From Sedimentisphaerales bacterium (GTDB lineage Bacteria; Planctomycetota; Phycisphaerae; Sedimentisphaerales; SM23-30), in NCBI GenBank assembly GCA_963666285.1, contig OY762711.1: a DNA stretch of 64,000 nt; one strand, written 5' to 3'. The notes beneath the pieces were generated by a model. That model ran no database searches. It saw only the letters and a program-made list of their open reading frames with translations, and had not been told where the DNA came from. Numbering within the stretch: position 1 is the stretch's first letter; each line of letters begins with the position of its first letter. The translations under genes and the position numbers were made by a program. This document shows positions 1 to 10,572 of the stretch, piece by piece.

Positions 1-738
1 ATTGCAAACGGCACGGGCCAGGATATCAATGGTACATGCCGGTGCCTTGCGAACAAAAAGGTCGCCATGGTTGCCATGCTCGAATGCAAACAAAACAAGT
101 GCAACAGCTTCGCGCAACGGCAGCATAAAACGCGTCATTTCAGGAACAGTAAGAGTCAGCTCCTTACCCTGTTTGATCTGATTGACAAACAGAGGAATAA
201 CAGAGCCGCGAGAGCACATTACATTTCCATAACGAACCGAGCAGATAACGGTATCACCAGAAGCATTCTGACGGGAGGCTGCCTGAGCAACCTTTTCCAT
301 CATTGCTTTGCTGATACCCATGGCATTGATTGGATACGCCGCCTTGTCGGTACTAAGACAAACCATCTTATCAACTTTATGCTTGATCGCGGACTGGATA
401 ACATTATTGCTGCCAAAAACATTGGTCATCACCGCCTGCATCGGGAAAAATTCACAGGAAGGAACCTGCTTTAATGCCGCGGCGTGGAAGACCAGGTCAA
501 CGCCGATCATGGCATTATCAACGGAATCGCGGTCCCGGACATCGCCTATGTAGAATTTTAACCTGGGTTCGGCAAAATCAATTCGCATGAGTTCCTGCTT
601 GAGCTCGTCCCTGCTGAAAATTCTAATTTCCTTTACTCCAGTTTCTAACAGACCCTTTACAACGGTTTTGCCAAAAGAGCCGGTACCGCCGGTAATAAGG
701 ACTGTTTTACCTTGTAGTCTATTTGCTAAATTATTCAT
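1..738 (-). CDS. UDP-N-acetylglucosamine 4,6-dehydratase/5-epimerase (CapE/FnlA/WbjB type), runs off the left edge
   Basis: Not in the ORF track; translated by hand from ATG at 738 (GGAG RBS upstream): MNNLANRLQGKTVLITGGTGSFG...GDVRD...HAAALKQVPSCEFFPMQAV...STDKAAYPINAMGISKAMMEK...RYGNVMCSRGSVIPLF. Confidence 0.92.
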   Translation of the reverse strand, partial: MNNLANRLQGKTVLITGGTGSFGKTVVKGLLETGVKEIRIFSRDELKQELMRIDFAEPRLKFYIGDVRDRDSVDNAMIGVDLVFHAAALKQVPSCEFFPMQAVMTNVFGSNNVIQSAIKHKVDKMVCLSTDKAAYPINAMGISKAMMEKVAQAASRQNASGDTVICSVRYGNVMCSRGSVIPLFVNQIKQGKELTLTVPEMTRFMLPLREAVALVLFAFEHGNHGDLFVRKAPACTIDILARAVCN

Positions 739-835
739 AATATCTCCGAATAATACTTGTAGATAATTATCCCATTTTAAGTAACAAACATTTGAATTAG
801 TAATACTACCAATAATTAAAAGGGATGACCAGTTG

Positions 836-1001
836 AGTGCGGTTTATGCTTCGCATCATATGCATGACGCACTTTTAACTGTTCAACGTTATACGCAAAG
901 GATTGTATTTCGAGTTATTTCTCGAAAGTTTATTATAATCAAAGTGTTGCATGAAGGCCCTTTTAGGCGATTTTTGCAACTTAAAAACAGGGAAAGAAAA
1001 C
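836..1001 (+). repeat. Dispersed multi-hairpin repeat, copy 1
   Basis: AGTGCGGTTTATGCTTCGCATCATA...GAAGGCCCTTTTAGGCGATTT...GCAACTTAAAAAC; matches copies at 26866, 30612, 35151, 40752, 50398, 59929. Confidence 0.92.
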
Positions 1002-1022
1002 GTTGCCATACAACAACAGATA

Positions 1023-2243
1023 TCAACAGACTTTCCAAACCTCTTTTTCGACAAACTCAAGAACTCTTTTTGCCTGAATCGTATTACTCTTATTTTCTAA
1101 AACAAATTTTTTGGCATTAAGGCCAAATTCATGTAATTCTTCCCTGGGCCTACCGAGTAAGTCTTGAAGGGTTTCACGCATCCCCTCAACAGTTTCATCA
1201 TTAAACAGATAAACATGAGGATGATATTCCTGAGGCATACCGGGAAGATTCGTAGTAACCAATGGTGTACCAGATACCATCGACTCGATGTTTTTGGATG
1301 GAAAAGAATATTTGGTTAATTCTTCAGAAGTTGGGCGAGGATTCAACAATAAGGTTGCCTGCATCTGCATTTTTACAACTTCTGCATTTTCAACAACTCC
1401 AAAATATTTAATACGAGAATCTTTTTTACAATAATCCGGCATATCCTTCGCCATCGGACCATCACCATAAATATAAAATCTATAGTCTTCTCCTTTTAGC
1501 TGCAGAAATGCATCTATAAGAGTTTTAACCCCATAAATTTCATATATCCCCCCTGCATAGATAATAATTTTCTCTTTTGCCTTGTTTACTAGCCTGTTTT
1601 CCATTTCTGCCATTGCTTCATCTACAAGACCTTCCATAATTATATGAGGCTTTCCTGCAGTATTAACAACATCATTAAGCTGCCTGGTTAAAACGACAAA
1701 ACCGTCAAAAGCAGATATGATTTTATAATTAAACCAGAAACGGAGCTGCCTAATCAGTTTTGCATTACCACTGGTAGAGACAGTCAAATGAGGCATATCT
1801 GTAACAATTACAACAGTTTTCGATCTGGTTATTTTACCGGCAACCATAGCTGCTGTTGCTATTGTTAAGTTCAAGGCATCACAAAATACAACTCTTCGAC
1901 ATCCAATAGAACTTATTGCCCAAATAAAAGTTTTTATAAAAGAATTCAAATAAACCATAACATTTTTCAAAAATGGCAGATTAACCATATGTGCATAACT
2001 ATATTTAACTCTATTAACATTCTCTGAAGGCAAAAACCATATACGACGAGAATGTGAAGAATGAATAACAGGTACCGAGGTTAATGTTCCAACCTTACAA
2101 TTTTCATCAGACTTCGCAAAACCTTCGACCAAAAGGCGACTAAATTTCTGTATTGACTGAACAGGTTTTCTTGAAGCCGTTTTAAGAAGATAGTCTACCA
2201 TCTTCGGCGAACATAATGTACTTACGTATAATATTTTTTTCAT
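1023..2243 (-). CDS. Glycosyltransferase family 4 (GT-B)
   Basis: YAGGIYEIYGV, YGDG, FPSKNIESMVSGTPLV (E-x7-E-like region). Confidence 0.9.
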   Translation of the reverse strand: MKKILYVSTLCSPKMVDYLLKTASRKPVQSIQKFSRLLVEGFAKSDENCKVGTLTSVPVIHSSHSRRIWFLPSENVNRVKYSYAHMVNLPFLKNVMVYLNSFIKTFIWAISSIGCRRVVFCDALNLTIATAAMVAGKITRSKTVVIVTDMPHLTVSTSGNAKLIRQLRFWFNYKIISAFDGFVVLTRQLNDVVNTAGKPHIIMEGLVDEAMAEMENRLVNKAKEKIIIYAGGIYEIYGVKTLIDAFLQLKGEDYRFYIYGDGPMAKDMPDYCKKDSRIKYFGVVENAEVVKMQMQATLLLNPRPTSEELTKYSFPSKNIESMVSGTPLVTTNLPGMPQEYHPHVYLFNDETVEGMRETLQDLLGRPREELHEFGLNAKKFVLENKSNTIQAKRVLEFVEKEVWKVC

Positions 2244-2269
2244 CTTAATTCAATCTTCAATCAAACAAA

Positions 2270-3535
2270 TCAATAATTACAATCATTAATAATTTGACTA
2301 TCATTCAGCCCTGACTGTTCATTTTCATAATAATATTCAGCTAATTTAGCCTTATAATTCTGAAAATCGGCAATTGTCATACCCCAAAACATTGTTAAAC
2401 ATAAAAACCAATCAGTCTGAGATAATAAAATACTGAACATAGACCCCCAGGCAAACCAAACCAAAGATACAGCATATGCTCCCAGATGAGGATATTGATA
2501 TTTTTTCATTTCAATTAATATTTTTATGAGGGATACAATAAAAGCTATATAGAAAAACAAACCAAAAAGACCATAGTCAAAAAGAATTTCTAATAAGTCA
2601 TTATGAGCATACTCACCCATAGTAATAAATACAGCTTCACGCCCGTGACCAATCAACCAACAACTAGGCTCAGAAAGAAATGCATCTATCACACGCTGAT
2701 AGATATATAATCTTCCACTACCAGCATCCTGAGTAAGGCTACTAAGTCTGCTCGACCAATCTATCTCAAAAACCATAGACAAATGTTTATAAGCAAAAAA
2801 TAAAATAGAGATAAAAACTAAAGCACCGAAAAACACAACAAGATTTTTCCATAATTTATTGCCCGAATTAAGCTTATAAAGACAATAAAAATAAACTGCC
2901 ATTGATGAAACATACGCCATAATTGCCATGCGTTTATAAGACAGGACAACACAGATGAAAATAACAAGAAGCAAACCTATCTTTACAAGTTTAATCCTTA
3001 AAAATAAGACAATAGGCATAAAATATGCAACAAAATAAACCGGGTTCAATGCAGTATATGTTGTATTAGTTACTCTAAAGCTTAACGCATAATATACATA
3101 TGCAATAAAAATAACCATAAAAACCATAATTGCATTATGATATTTAACTGTCTTAAGTTTCAAAACAGAATAGTAGGACAATATCATTACTGAAACCCAA
3201 TAAAATATAATAACAAACCTAAACGGAAGCTTATTAATTACATATAAGCCGCTTATAGCCGTTGTCAAACAAGCAAAACTAGCAAACACTATTGCAAGCC
3301 ATAAAAATCGCCCAGTATTTCTCATCATACTATTAACAACCAAATCAATAAAAGATATAACGACAACCATAGCCATAAAATAGGAATACTTGCCTACGCC
3401 TACATCTGTAAAACCATCAACATAGACATAGATTTTATATCTAAAATTAAAGATTATTGCAATAAAGAGAGCAAAAGACAATAATACTTCAAAACTAAAT
3501 AATGAAGAAATACATGTTTTATTTTCAAGTAACAT
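2270..3535 (-). CDS. O-antigen polymerase/ligase family (Wzy_C) membrane protein
   Basis: About 10-11 hydrophobic segments; SGRLYIY, GHG, AHNDLLEILFDYGLFG motifs; located in a polysaccharide locus. Confidence 0.85.
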   Translation of the reverse strand: MLLENKTCISSLFSFEVLLSFALFIAIIFNFRYKIYVYVDGFTDVGVGKYSYFMAMVVVISFIDLVVNSMMRNTGRFLWLAIVFASFACLTTAISGLYVINKLPFRFVIIFYWVSVMILSYYSVLKLKTVKYHNAIMVFMVIFIAYVYYALSFRVTNTTYTALNPVYFVAYFMPIVLFLRIKLVKIGLLLVIFICVVLSYKRMAIMAYVSSMAVYFYCLYKLNSGNKLWKNLVVFFGALVFISILFFAYKHLSMVFEIDWSSRLSSLTQDAGSGRLYIYQRVIDAFLSEPSCWLIGHGREAVFITMGEYAHNDLLEILFDYGLFGLFFYIAFIVSLIKILIEMKKYQYPHLGAYAVSLVWFAWGSMFSILLSQTDWFLCLTMFWGMTIADFQNYKAKLAEYYYENEQSGLNDSQIINDCNY

Positions 3536-3577
3536 CTAACTACCTTTTTTTACAACTTAATATGATCAATAATTATA

Positions 3578-4756
3578 TCATTCATTATCTTCAAATAATG
3601 CTAAGTACATATTAGAAATATTATCCCATGAATATATATCTGATTCAAAAAAGGATAAAGCTCCATCTTTAAGTTTTTTATATAAATGTGAATCATTAAT
3701 CAATTGAATCATTTTCATAGCCAATTCCTCTTGGTTGTCAGGAGAAACAAGTAACCCATTCTCACCATCAACAATATATTCATTAAAGCCTCCAACATTT
3801 GATGCAATAATAGGTTTACCAAAAAGAAACGATGTGGAAACAATACCGCTCTGAGAAGCAGACTTATACGGACAAACAACACAATATGCTTTTTTATTTA
3901 AATATACTATTTCTTCATTAGATAGATATCTATTTATAACTATATATCTTGGATCATTTACTATTTTACTCAAACATGGATCATCACCACGCCCTGCAAC
4001 AACAATTTTAATTTTATCAAGCTCAGAACCAAGAATTTCAACAGCACCACAAAAAACATCAAGTCCTTTATAAGGTAACAAATTTCCATAATTAAGAATA
4101 TACGGCTGTTCAATTGATAGGTCACACTGGCTATCATCGATAATAGTATATGTTTCAAAAACTCCAAATGGAATAACGCTAATATGATTACTTGCTGATT
4201 CATCAAGCTGAAGAAGTCTTTCTTTGGAAGCGTTTGAGTGTGTAATAATATTTATTCTATTAGTTAACAAATAATCTATCAATTTATAATCTGTACTTTG
4301 AGAAGAATAATGTGGTGTCACCTCATGAAGAGACACATAAACACATTCTTTTACAGACTTTAACGTTTTAATAAGATCAAGCAATGGCGGATTTTGGCCT
4401 ACAACATTTATATAATCGTATTTCTTGTATTTTATCCACAACCCCATAAAAATAAATAACAAACGAGAAAACCAAGATAAATATCTTTGAGGATAAGGAG
4501 GTAAAACAACCAAATATATATTTACCCTATCAGACTCCATGTAGTCATAATAAGGCTTCATATATTTTCTATTATTTCTCCAAAGGCCGGGCAGTCTCAT
4601 TTTTCTCCCAAAATCAAATGCAGACGAACAATGATTACCAAAACGAGTCACAAAATAGTAATCAACACAACATCCTTTCTTTGCCAGATGTTTTACCAAA
4701 GGCAAAGTACTTTCAGGGTGATTATATGCGAATACAGCTATTTTTTTATTTTCCAC
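3578..4756 (-). CDS. Glycosyltransferase family 4
   Basis: YGNLLPYKGLD, PYKSASQSG, GKPIIASNVGGFNEYI-x-DGENG. Confidence 0.9.
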   Translation of the reverse strand: MENKKIAVFAYNHPESTLPLVKHLAKKGCCVDYYFVTRFGNHCSSAFDFGRKMRLPGLWRNNRKYMKPYYDYMESDRVNIYLVVLPPYPQRYLSWFSRLLFIFMGLWIKYKKYDYINVVGQNPPLLDLIKTLKSVKECVYVSLHEVTPHYSSQSTDYKLIDYLLTNRINIITHSNASKERLLQLDESASNHISVIPFGVFETYTIIDDSQCDLSIEQPYILNYGNLLPYKGLDVFCGAVEILGSELDKIKIVVAGRGDDPCLSKIVNDPRYIVINRYLSNEEIVYLNKKAYCVVCPYKSASQSGIVSTSFLFGKPIIASNVGGFNEYIVDGENGLLVSPDNQEELAMKMIQLINDSHLYKKLKDGALSFFESDIYSWDNISNMYLALFEDNE

Positions 4757-4758
4757 TT

Positions 4759-6003
4759 TTATATTCCATTTTCAATGACAGAAACAATATCAGCCATCAT
4801 TGTTTCATATTCAACTTGAATAGATGTACTAAACTCAGACAGTAAGTGCCGGTTACTTTTAAGATGCAAAACCGACTCCAACACATCAGATGGTCTAGGA
4901 AGTTCACACAAAAAACCAGCATCCCTGGAACGCTGACTCAACATTCCTGCTTTATTTATAATATGATAGATTTTACTAGATTTTGAATTAACAAAACCTC
5001 GCAGATATATAACTCCATAATAATCGAAAATATAGTACGGCACATTGTTATGCATAGAAACAACCATTGGGTGCATATTATGGCCAATGTATGCCGAAGA
5101 ATTTTTAATCAAACCATACCAGTCTAGAGGAGGCAACGGGAGGTCAATTTTTCTCGCCCCGGGGATATCTCTAAAAATATGCCCCTTCGGCATAGGCATA
5201 ATTAGACATTCCAGTTTTTTTGCACGAGCTAGTTTCACAAATTCGGCGATCCACTTTTCATCAACTGATGATTTTCTAATAAAACTAATCAGCAGGTAAT
5301 CCTCAGAAATACTATATTTATTTAAAATGTCTTCTTTTGATAATATTAATTCACCAGCATTTTGATTAAATGAAAACACAGGATCAGGAGTGACAGGAGG
5401 CACTATTTTCCCACATGTTATATGTTTGAACATGGCTTGCGTCCAGTTGTCCCTAACGGAAACATAGGCAAATTCACTGATTGAGTTTGCCATTTCACTT
5501 CTCACTTGTCCTTGGATACCATAATATTTTTCATTCTGAGAAGAAACTGACATCAAGATAACAGGTATTTTTTTATCCAGACTATTCGAGAAGCTTCCCC
5601 AAAAAGGATTAGGATAAATAAGATGAGCCGGAGGCTCAGGAGAAACAGTAACAATCTTTCTTGTAGGAAAATTTATTCTAGCCCAAAAAGATTTGTGTTG
5701 AGCAACAGCATCACTACCAATCACTACAGCGTCTATATTATGATTTTTGATTTGCTCAACAATATCCTGTTCTGTTCGACACCTAGAAGTAAGGGGCAAA
5801 TATTCACTGACAAATTTCTCATGCTCAGCATACTGCTCAGGAAGTATAGATTTACGATATTGGCTATCAACAGCATCTGGAACCCAGTCAATCACCATTG
5901 GATTATACCCTTTTCTCCTAAAGAATCCAACCGTCGATAATGCCTGTAAATTTGCACCAAAATTGCAGACAGAATGGTATGTTAAAATACCAATATTCTT
6001 CAT
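4759..6003 (-). CDS. Polysaccharide pyruvyl transferase family protein
   Basis: IGILTYH..NFGANLQA, VIGSD, VSVRD, PDPVF motifs. Confidence 0.88.
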   Translation of the reverse strand: MKNIGILTYHSVCNFGANLQALSTVGFFRRKGYNPMVIDWVPDAVDSQYRKSILPEQYAEHEKFVSEYLPLTSRCRTEQDIVEQIKNHNIDAVVIGSDAVAQHKSFWARINFPTRKIVTVSPEPPAHLIYPNPFWGSFSNSLDKKIPVILMSVSSQNEKYYGIQGQVRSEMANSISEFAYVSVRDNWTQAMFKHITCGKIVPPVTPDPVFSFNQNAGELILSKEDILNKYSISEDYLLISFIRKSSVDEKWIAEFVKLARAKKLECLIMPMPKGHIFRDIPGARKIDLPLPPLDWYGLIKNSSAYIGHNMHPMVVSMHNNVPYYIFDYYGVIYLRGFVNSKSSKIYHIINKAGMLSQRSRDAGFLCELPRPSDVLESVLHLKSNRHLLSEFSTSIQVEYETMMADIVSVIENGI

Positions 6004-6087
6004 TTAAAAAACAACTCCTATTAACCAATATTTACACATTCAACAATAACTTATCACAATTATTTGATAATAAGCCAAAGAAATCAA

Positions 6088-7623
6088 TTATTTTTTTACT
6101 TTAATCCTGCTTAGAAAACGATTAAATATTTTTGCAAACAGCTCTTTCTCATATTTACTAAAAGCAACAATCCAGGTAAGACATAGAGAAACAAATACAC
6201 TACCTGCCAAAATGATTAGTAATCGAGCAAATGAAATTTCCATAAATTTATAAACAGTAAATCCTGTTAAATATGAAACGGACAATACAACAAAACAGGG
6301 AATTACAACATAACTAAACCACCGTTTCACAGTAACTCCAAAAAGTCGTCGCATCCAATAGACTCTTCCAGCTGTAACTAAAGCTGCCATTATCACAAAA
6401 GCCCACCCAATACTAACCACTGGTCCGCCGAGTTTGATAAAACCCCAGGCAAGAGGCAGAGTTAACAGAAATAAACCTCCAACAGTGGCCTGATAACCGG
6501 CTATTTTACCAAAGGCACTAACTGCCAACATATTTCCGTATGTCAAATGGTTTATAATTAAAGAGACCAAAATCAATCTACACAAAGAAGCAGAATTTTC
6601 TGGAGGATTCTTGAGCCATAATTTCAAAACATAATCCATTTCTACAATAATAGGAATTGCGAATAAAAGCAGAAGAATTGTTCCAAATTTACATGCAAAA
6701 AGAGATAAGGTCAACATTCTGTCGCGGTCACCACGACCTTCGCTTGCGGTAATCTCAGGCGCAAATGCCCCCATCATAGCATTTGCAAGTTGAGTAGTTT
6801 GTGTTGATACTTGATTAGCAATACCATACGAAGCGTTTGCCGATGGTCCAAAATACAAATTGAGCAGTAGAGCAGAACCTTGGTTACGCAATAATGTTCC
6901 AGTGTTCCCGATAAGATTCCAGCTGGCAAAAGAAATGATCTCTTTCAATCTTGCCAATCCAAACCAGTAAGAGACACAAATTCGACATTCCTTAAATCGT
7001 AATAAAGCCCATATAATTTGAGTTGCCTGAATGGTCACAACAATTAAAACCATTCCGCTGGCGTAAAATATTAGACGGTCACTTGATACCGCAGTCAAAT
7101 ACCATGCTAACCCAAAAGTCAAAACAGATTGCAATATTCCCCAAACAGATAACAATGCAATATTCTGCTTAGCTCTATACATAGCAATAAATGGCACAGA
7201 AAGCATATTAACAAAAGCAGAAATTAGAGAAATCCGAAAAACTTTAGTACAAGCACACAACCTTTCCTGCGGAATCGTTAAGAAATGAGTAATGACATAC
7301 TCACCAACCAGCCAACCTAATAAAACTAAAACTATACCAAGAACAACATGTAAGCTAAATGCGGTATTAAACCATCTATTAACTTCTGCAGTATCTTCTT
7401 TCCCTAAATAAAATGCATAATGGCGAGCTGCACTATTTGACATAACAGCATTTAAAAACACAATAAAAATAATAATAGATCCAACAACGCTGAAAAGGCC
7501 AAAATCAGTCTTTCCCATTGCATTCAATACCCACCGACTGCTGAATAATGCTAATGCCACACCAAGAACAGATCTAATATATGTTGCTGCAATATTTAAA
7601 ATTATCCGATGAGAAGGTTTCAT
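6088..7623 (-). CDS. Oligosaccharide flippase (Wzx, MOP/MATE-like)
   Basis: 12-14 TM segments; N-terminal RWVLNAMGKTDFGLF; NASYGIANQV. Confidence 0.88.
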   Translation of the reverse strand: MKPSHRIILNIAATYIRSVLGVALALFSSRWVLNAMGKTDFGLFSVVGSIIIFIVFLNAVMSNSAARHYAFYLGKEDTAEVNRWFNTAFSLHVVLGIVLVLLGWLVGEYVITHFLTIPQERLCACTKVFRISLISAFVNMLSVPFIAMYRAKQNIALLSVWGILQSVLTFGLAWYLTAVSSDRLIFYASGMVLIVVTIQATQIIWALLRFKECRICVSYWFGLARLKEIISFASWNLIGNTGTLLRNQGSALLLNLYFGPSANASYGIANQVSTQTTQLANAMMGAFAPEITASEGRGDRDRMLTLSLFACKFGTILLLLFAIPIIVEMDYVLKLWLKNPPENSASLCRLILVSLIINHLTYGNMLAVSAFGKIAGYQATVGGLFLLTLPLAWGFIKLGGPVVSIGWAFVIMAALVTAGRVYWMRRLFGVTVKRWFSYVVIPCFVVLSVSYLTGFTVYKFMEISFARLLIILAGSVFVSLCLTWIVAFSKYEKELFAKIFNRFLSRIKVKK

Positions 7624-7656
7624 TATTTCTTTCTTACAAAATTGTCCTAATTTGCT

Positions 7657-8730
7657 TTATTTATGTTTTTCGTCAATTTTATCAAGAAGTACTTTCAACT
7701 TGTCGGTACTACCTTTGCGACAAATCAATGTTGCATCTTTTGTATGAACAACAACCAGATCTTCGATATCAATTCCAGCAATTAAATGACTCGAATCATC
7801 AGAAATAATAATAATGCCTGAACAATTATCCAAAACAGTTTCTATGCCATGAGCAATACTATTATTATGGCAGTCAACTTGGCCAATATTTGAGGTTAGA
7901 GCCTCAAATGATCCTACATCCTGCCAATCACAATCTAACTTAATCATACAGACTTTCGCCGCCTTCTCCATAATGCCATAATCTATACTTATTTTAGGCA
8001 AAGTTGGGAATACTTCAGAAAGAAATGCTTCAGCCTGGTCTGAACCCCACATAGATGTAATTTTTAATAGTCCTTCAGCATTTTCAGGAAGACTTTTATT
8101 AATCTCTGCAAGAATTGTGCCTGTTTTCCATAAAAACATTCCACTATTCCAGCAGTAATTACCAGATTCAAGGTAACGCTGAGCTGTTGCAATATCTGGT
8201 TTTTCTTTAAATTGATCTACTCTAAATACTTTAGAAGATTTAGTAGCTTCTCCTTGTTTAATATAGCCAAAACCAGTATGAGCACTCGTTGCTTTTATGC
8301 CAAGAGTCATTAGCACATCTGGATTACTATTAACAAAATCAAATCCTGCCTGAATTCCAGACTGAAGCTCTCTTACCGGGGAAATAACCTGGTCAGCACT
8401 GAAAACAGCCATAGCAGAATCACGATCCTTCTGATATATTATATTGGCAGCAAAACCAATAGCATTCGCAGTGTCTCGCCCTACAGGCTCACCAAGAATA
8501 TTATCTTTTGGTATGCCTTCCAGATGGCCTTCAACTATCCCTTTATATTGCTGGTTAGTAACAATATAAATATTTTCCAACGGAAAAATTGACTTGATCC
8601 TATCAATACAAATTTCAAGCAACGATTTCCCTTTGATTACTTTGATCATTTGTTTTGGCATCTTTTGCCGACTTAGCGGCCACAACCTCTGACCACTACC
8701 TCCTGCCATTATTACTGCATATTTATTCAT
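7657..8730 (-). CDS. manC: Mannose-1-phosphate guanylyltransferase (no PMI domain)
   Basis: VIMAGGSGQRLWPLSR..PKQ, EPVGRDTA, FKEKP, WNSGMF, SIDYGIMEK, WQDVGS. Confidence 0.93.
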   Translation of the reverse strand: MNKYAVIMAGGSGQRLWPLSRQKMPKQMIKVIKGKSLLEICIDRIKSIFPLENIYIVTNQQYKGIVEGHLEGIPKDNILGEPVGRDTANAIGFAANIIYQKDRDSAMAVFSADQVISPVRELQSGIQAGFDFVNSNPDVLMTLGIKATSAHTGFGYIKQGEATKSSKVFRVDQFKEKPDIATAQRYLESGNYCWNSGMFLWKTGTILAEINKSLPENAEGLLKITSMWGSDQAEAFLSEVFPTLPKISIDYGIMEKAAKVCMIKLDCDWQDVGSFEALTSNIGQVDCHNNSIAHGIETVLDNCSGIIIISDDSSHLIAGIDIEDLVVVHTKDATLICRKGSTDKLKVLLDKIDEKHK

Positions 8731-8759
8731 AACTAATCTGTAAGTTAATACTACTTATA

Positions 8760-9647
8760 TTAAATTTCATAATTACTTAGCTTCTCCATAACTAATATTA
8801 TTGAATAGCAATTATCGCCAAACTGCTTAATATACCTGGCTTTTAGTGTGCTTATGGCAAATGGGGTAAATGCCAGTATTGTTTTAACGGCATTTCTTTT
8901 CCAGCTTCTGCCTTTCGTGAGGAATCGTTTTCTGGTGTATAGCTCATCGGCATAAGAAACTGATTCCATGCCGGTGATTTTCATTTCATACTTTTGTGAC
9001 AGATATTCAGGAGTTTTCATCCCCATAAAATGCAGATGGTCCGGCACTTCCCAGTCAAAAACACTGTTTTTCTGAACTTGAGCAGTATATTGCCCGGTTT
9101 TTATCACAAATTTTCCACCTGGAGCAAGCAAATTCTTCACAGCTTCAAATAGTTTGTCATAGCTATAAACATGCGAAAGAACATCTATCAGCGTTATGAC
9201 ATCAAACCTTCTGTCTGAATGAAACTGCTCTATAGGCAGTTCAGTTACCTGACAACCGGTATTTTTCCTGGCAAACTCAGCCCTTTTTGAATTAAGCTCT
9301 ATGCCTTCGCAATAATTTATGCCGGAATTTTTCGCCAGCTGTAACAGATGCCCGGTACCGCAACCAATATCCAGCAAGCTGTCGGCACCCTCGAATGCCG
9401 GCCTGACCAAAGGAAACAGGTCTTCATAATAGGCCTTTCGAGCCAGCGAATACTGCTCCGGGCCAATAACCGTAATATCCGAATGACTATTATTGGCAAC
9501 CGCCTCGAAACGCTGTTGTTCTGATTGAGGATATGGGGAAATATATAACAGGTCGCAATGGCTGCATTTCTGCATATCGTAGCCATTTGTTTCAAATAAG
9601 AAACAGCTTTCCAGGCTATTACATAATGGACATTTATTATCTGTCAT
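8760..9647 (-). CDS. Class I SAM-dependent methyltransferase with N-terminal CxxC..CxxC
   Basis: CPLC..CSHC, LLDIGCGTG, FDVITLIDVLSH, LAPGG; ATG at 9647 preferred over TTG at 9656. Confidence 0.88.
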   Translation of the reverse strand: MTDNKCPLCNSLESCFLFETNGYDMQKCSHCDLLYISPYPQSEQQRFEAVANNSHSDITVIGPEQYSLARKAYYEDLFPLVRPAFEGADSLLDIGCGTGHLLQLAKNSGINYCEGIELNSKRAEFARKNTGCQVTELPIEQFHSDRRFDVITLIDVLSHVYSYDKLFEAVKNLLAPGGKFVIKTGQYTAQVQKNSVFDWEVPDHLHFMGMKTPEYLSQKYEMKITGMESVSYADELYTRKRFLTKGRSWKRNAVKTILAFTPFAISTLKARYIKQFGDNCYSIILVMEKLSNYEI

Positions 9648-9657
9648 AATCAGCAAA

Positions 9658-10572
9658 CTACTTCGATTTGAAAAACTCCACTGTGTCGGTCAGGCCTTCT
9701 TCGAAACGATTTTCCAGAATCAACCCGGCACCGGTTAACTTATCAACGGCTGCCAGAGAGTGTTTTACATCTCCGGCACGGACCTGACCGTGTATGATTT
9801 CGCTGGAAGAATTTGTCTTTGTGATAATCTTTTCAGCCAGCTCGTTTATCGTTTGACAGCTACCGTAGGCCGCGTTAAATACGCCTGAAACACCCTGCTG
9901 CTGAGCCATCCAGACGTTTGCCCGCACAACATCTTTTACATAGATAAAATCACGGGTCTGTTCGCCGTCACCATGAATGGTTATCGGTTCACCTTTTACC
10001 GCCTTGTCAATAAAAATCGGGATAGCGGCGGCATAGGCACTGCCCGGATCCTGACGAGGACCGAAAACATTGAAATACCGGAAACAAGCTGTCTCCAGCC
10101 AGCCTTCATCATTAAACATTTTGCAGTAATACTCACCATCCAGTTTAGTTACCGCATAAGGACTCTTGGGTTCGGGAAACATGGTTTCAATTTTAGGCAT
10201 TTGCGGATTATCGCCATAGATCGCTGATGAACTGCTGAAAACCAGTTTTTTAGCACCTGCTTTTGCTGCAGCCTGAAGAACATTAAGCGTTCCAACTGCA
10301 TTGATCTCAACACATTCTCCCGGTAAGTCCATAGATTCAGGAACACTTACCATCGCAGCAAGATGGAAGACATAATCAATGCCTTCAACAGCTTTTTGCA
10401 CCGCGGCTTTGTCGGTAATTGATCCCTGGATTATTTCGACATCAAAATTCTCCAGATTCTTCAAATAACCGGTCCTCAGGTTATCCAGCACTCGAACATC
10501 AGCTTCACCTTGAAAATGTTCGACAATATGTGAACCGATAAACCCGGCACCACCTGTTACTAATATTTTCAT
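9658..10572 (-). CDS. NAD-dependent epimerase/dehydratase (UDP-glucose 4-epimerase-like)
   Basis: GGAGFIG, SSSAIYG, YAVTK, RYFNVFGPRQD. Confidence 0.92.
   Translation of the reverse strand: MKILVTGGAGFIGSHIVEHFQGEADVRVLDNLRTGYLKNLENFDVEIIQGSITDKAAVQKAVEGIDYVFHLAAMVSVPESMDLPGECVEINAVGTLNVLQAAAKAGAKKLVFSSSSAIYGDNPQMPKIETMFPEPKSPYAVTKLDGEYYCKMFNDEGWLETACFRYFNVFGPRQDPGSAYAAAIPIFIDKAVKGEPITIHGDGEQTRDFIYVKDVVRANVWMAQQQGVSGVFNAAYGSCQTINELAEKIITKTNSSSEIIHGQVRAGDVKHSLAAVDKLTGAGLILENRFEEGLTDTVEFFKSK

Noticed and set aside
67..553. Plus-strand ORFs 67-474 and 308-553
   Set aside because: Antisense to the clear dehydratase gene at 1-738
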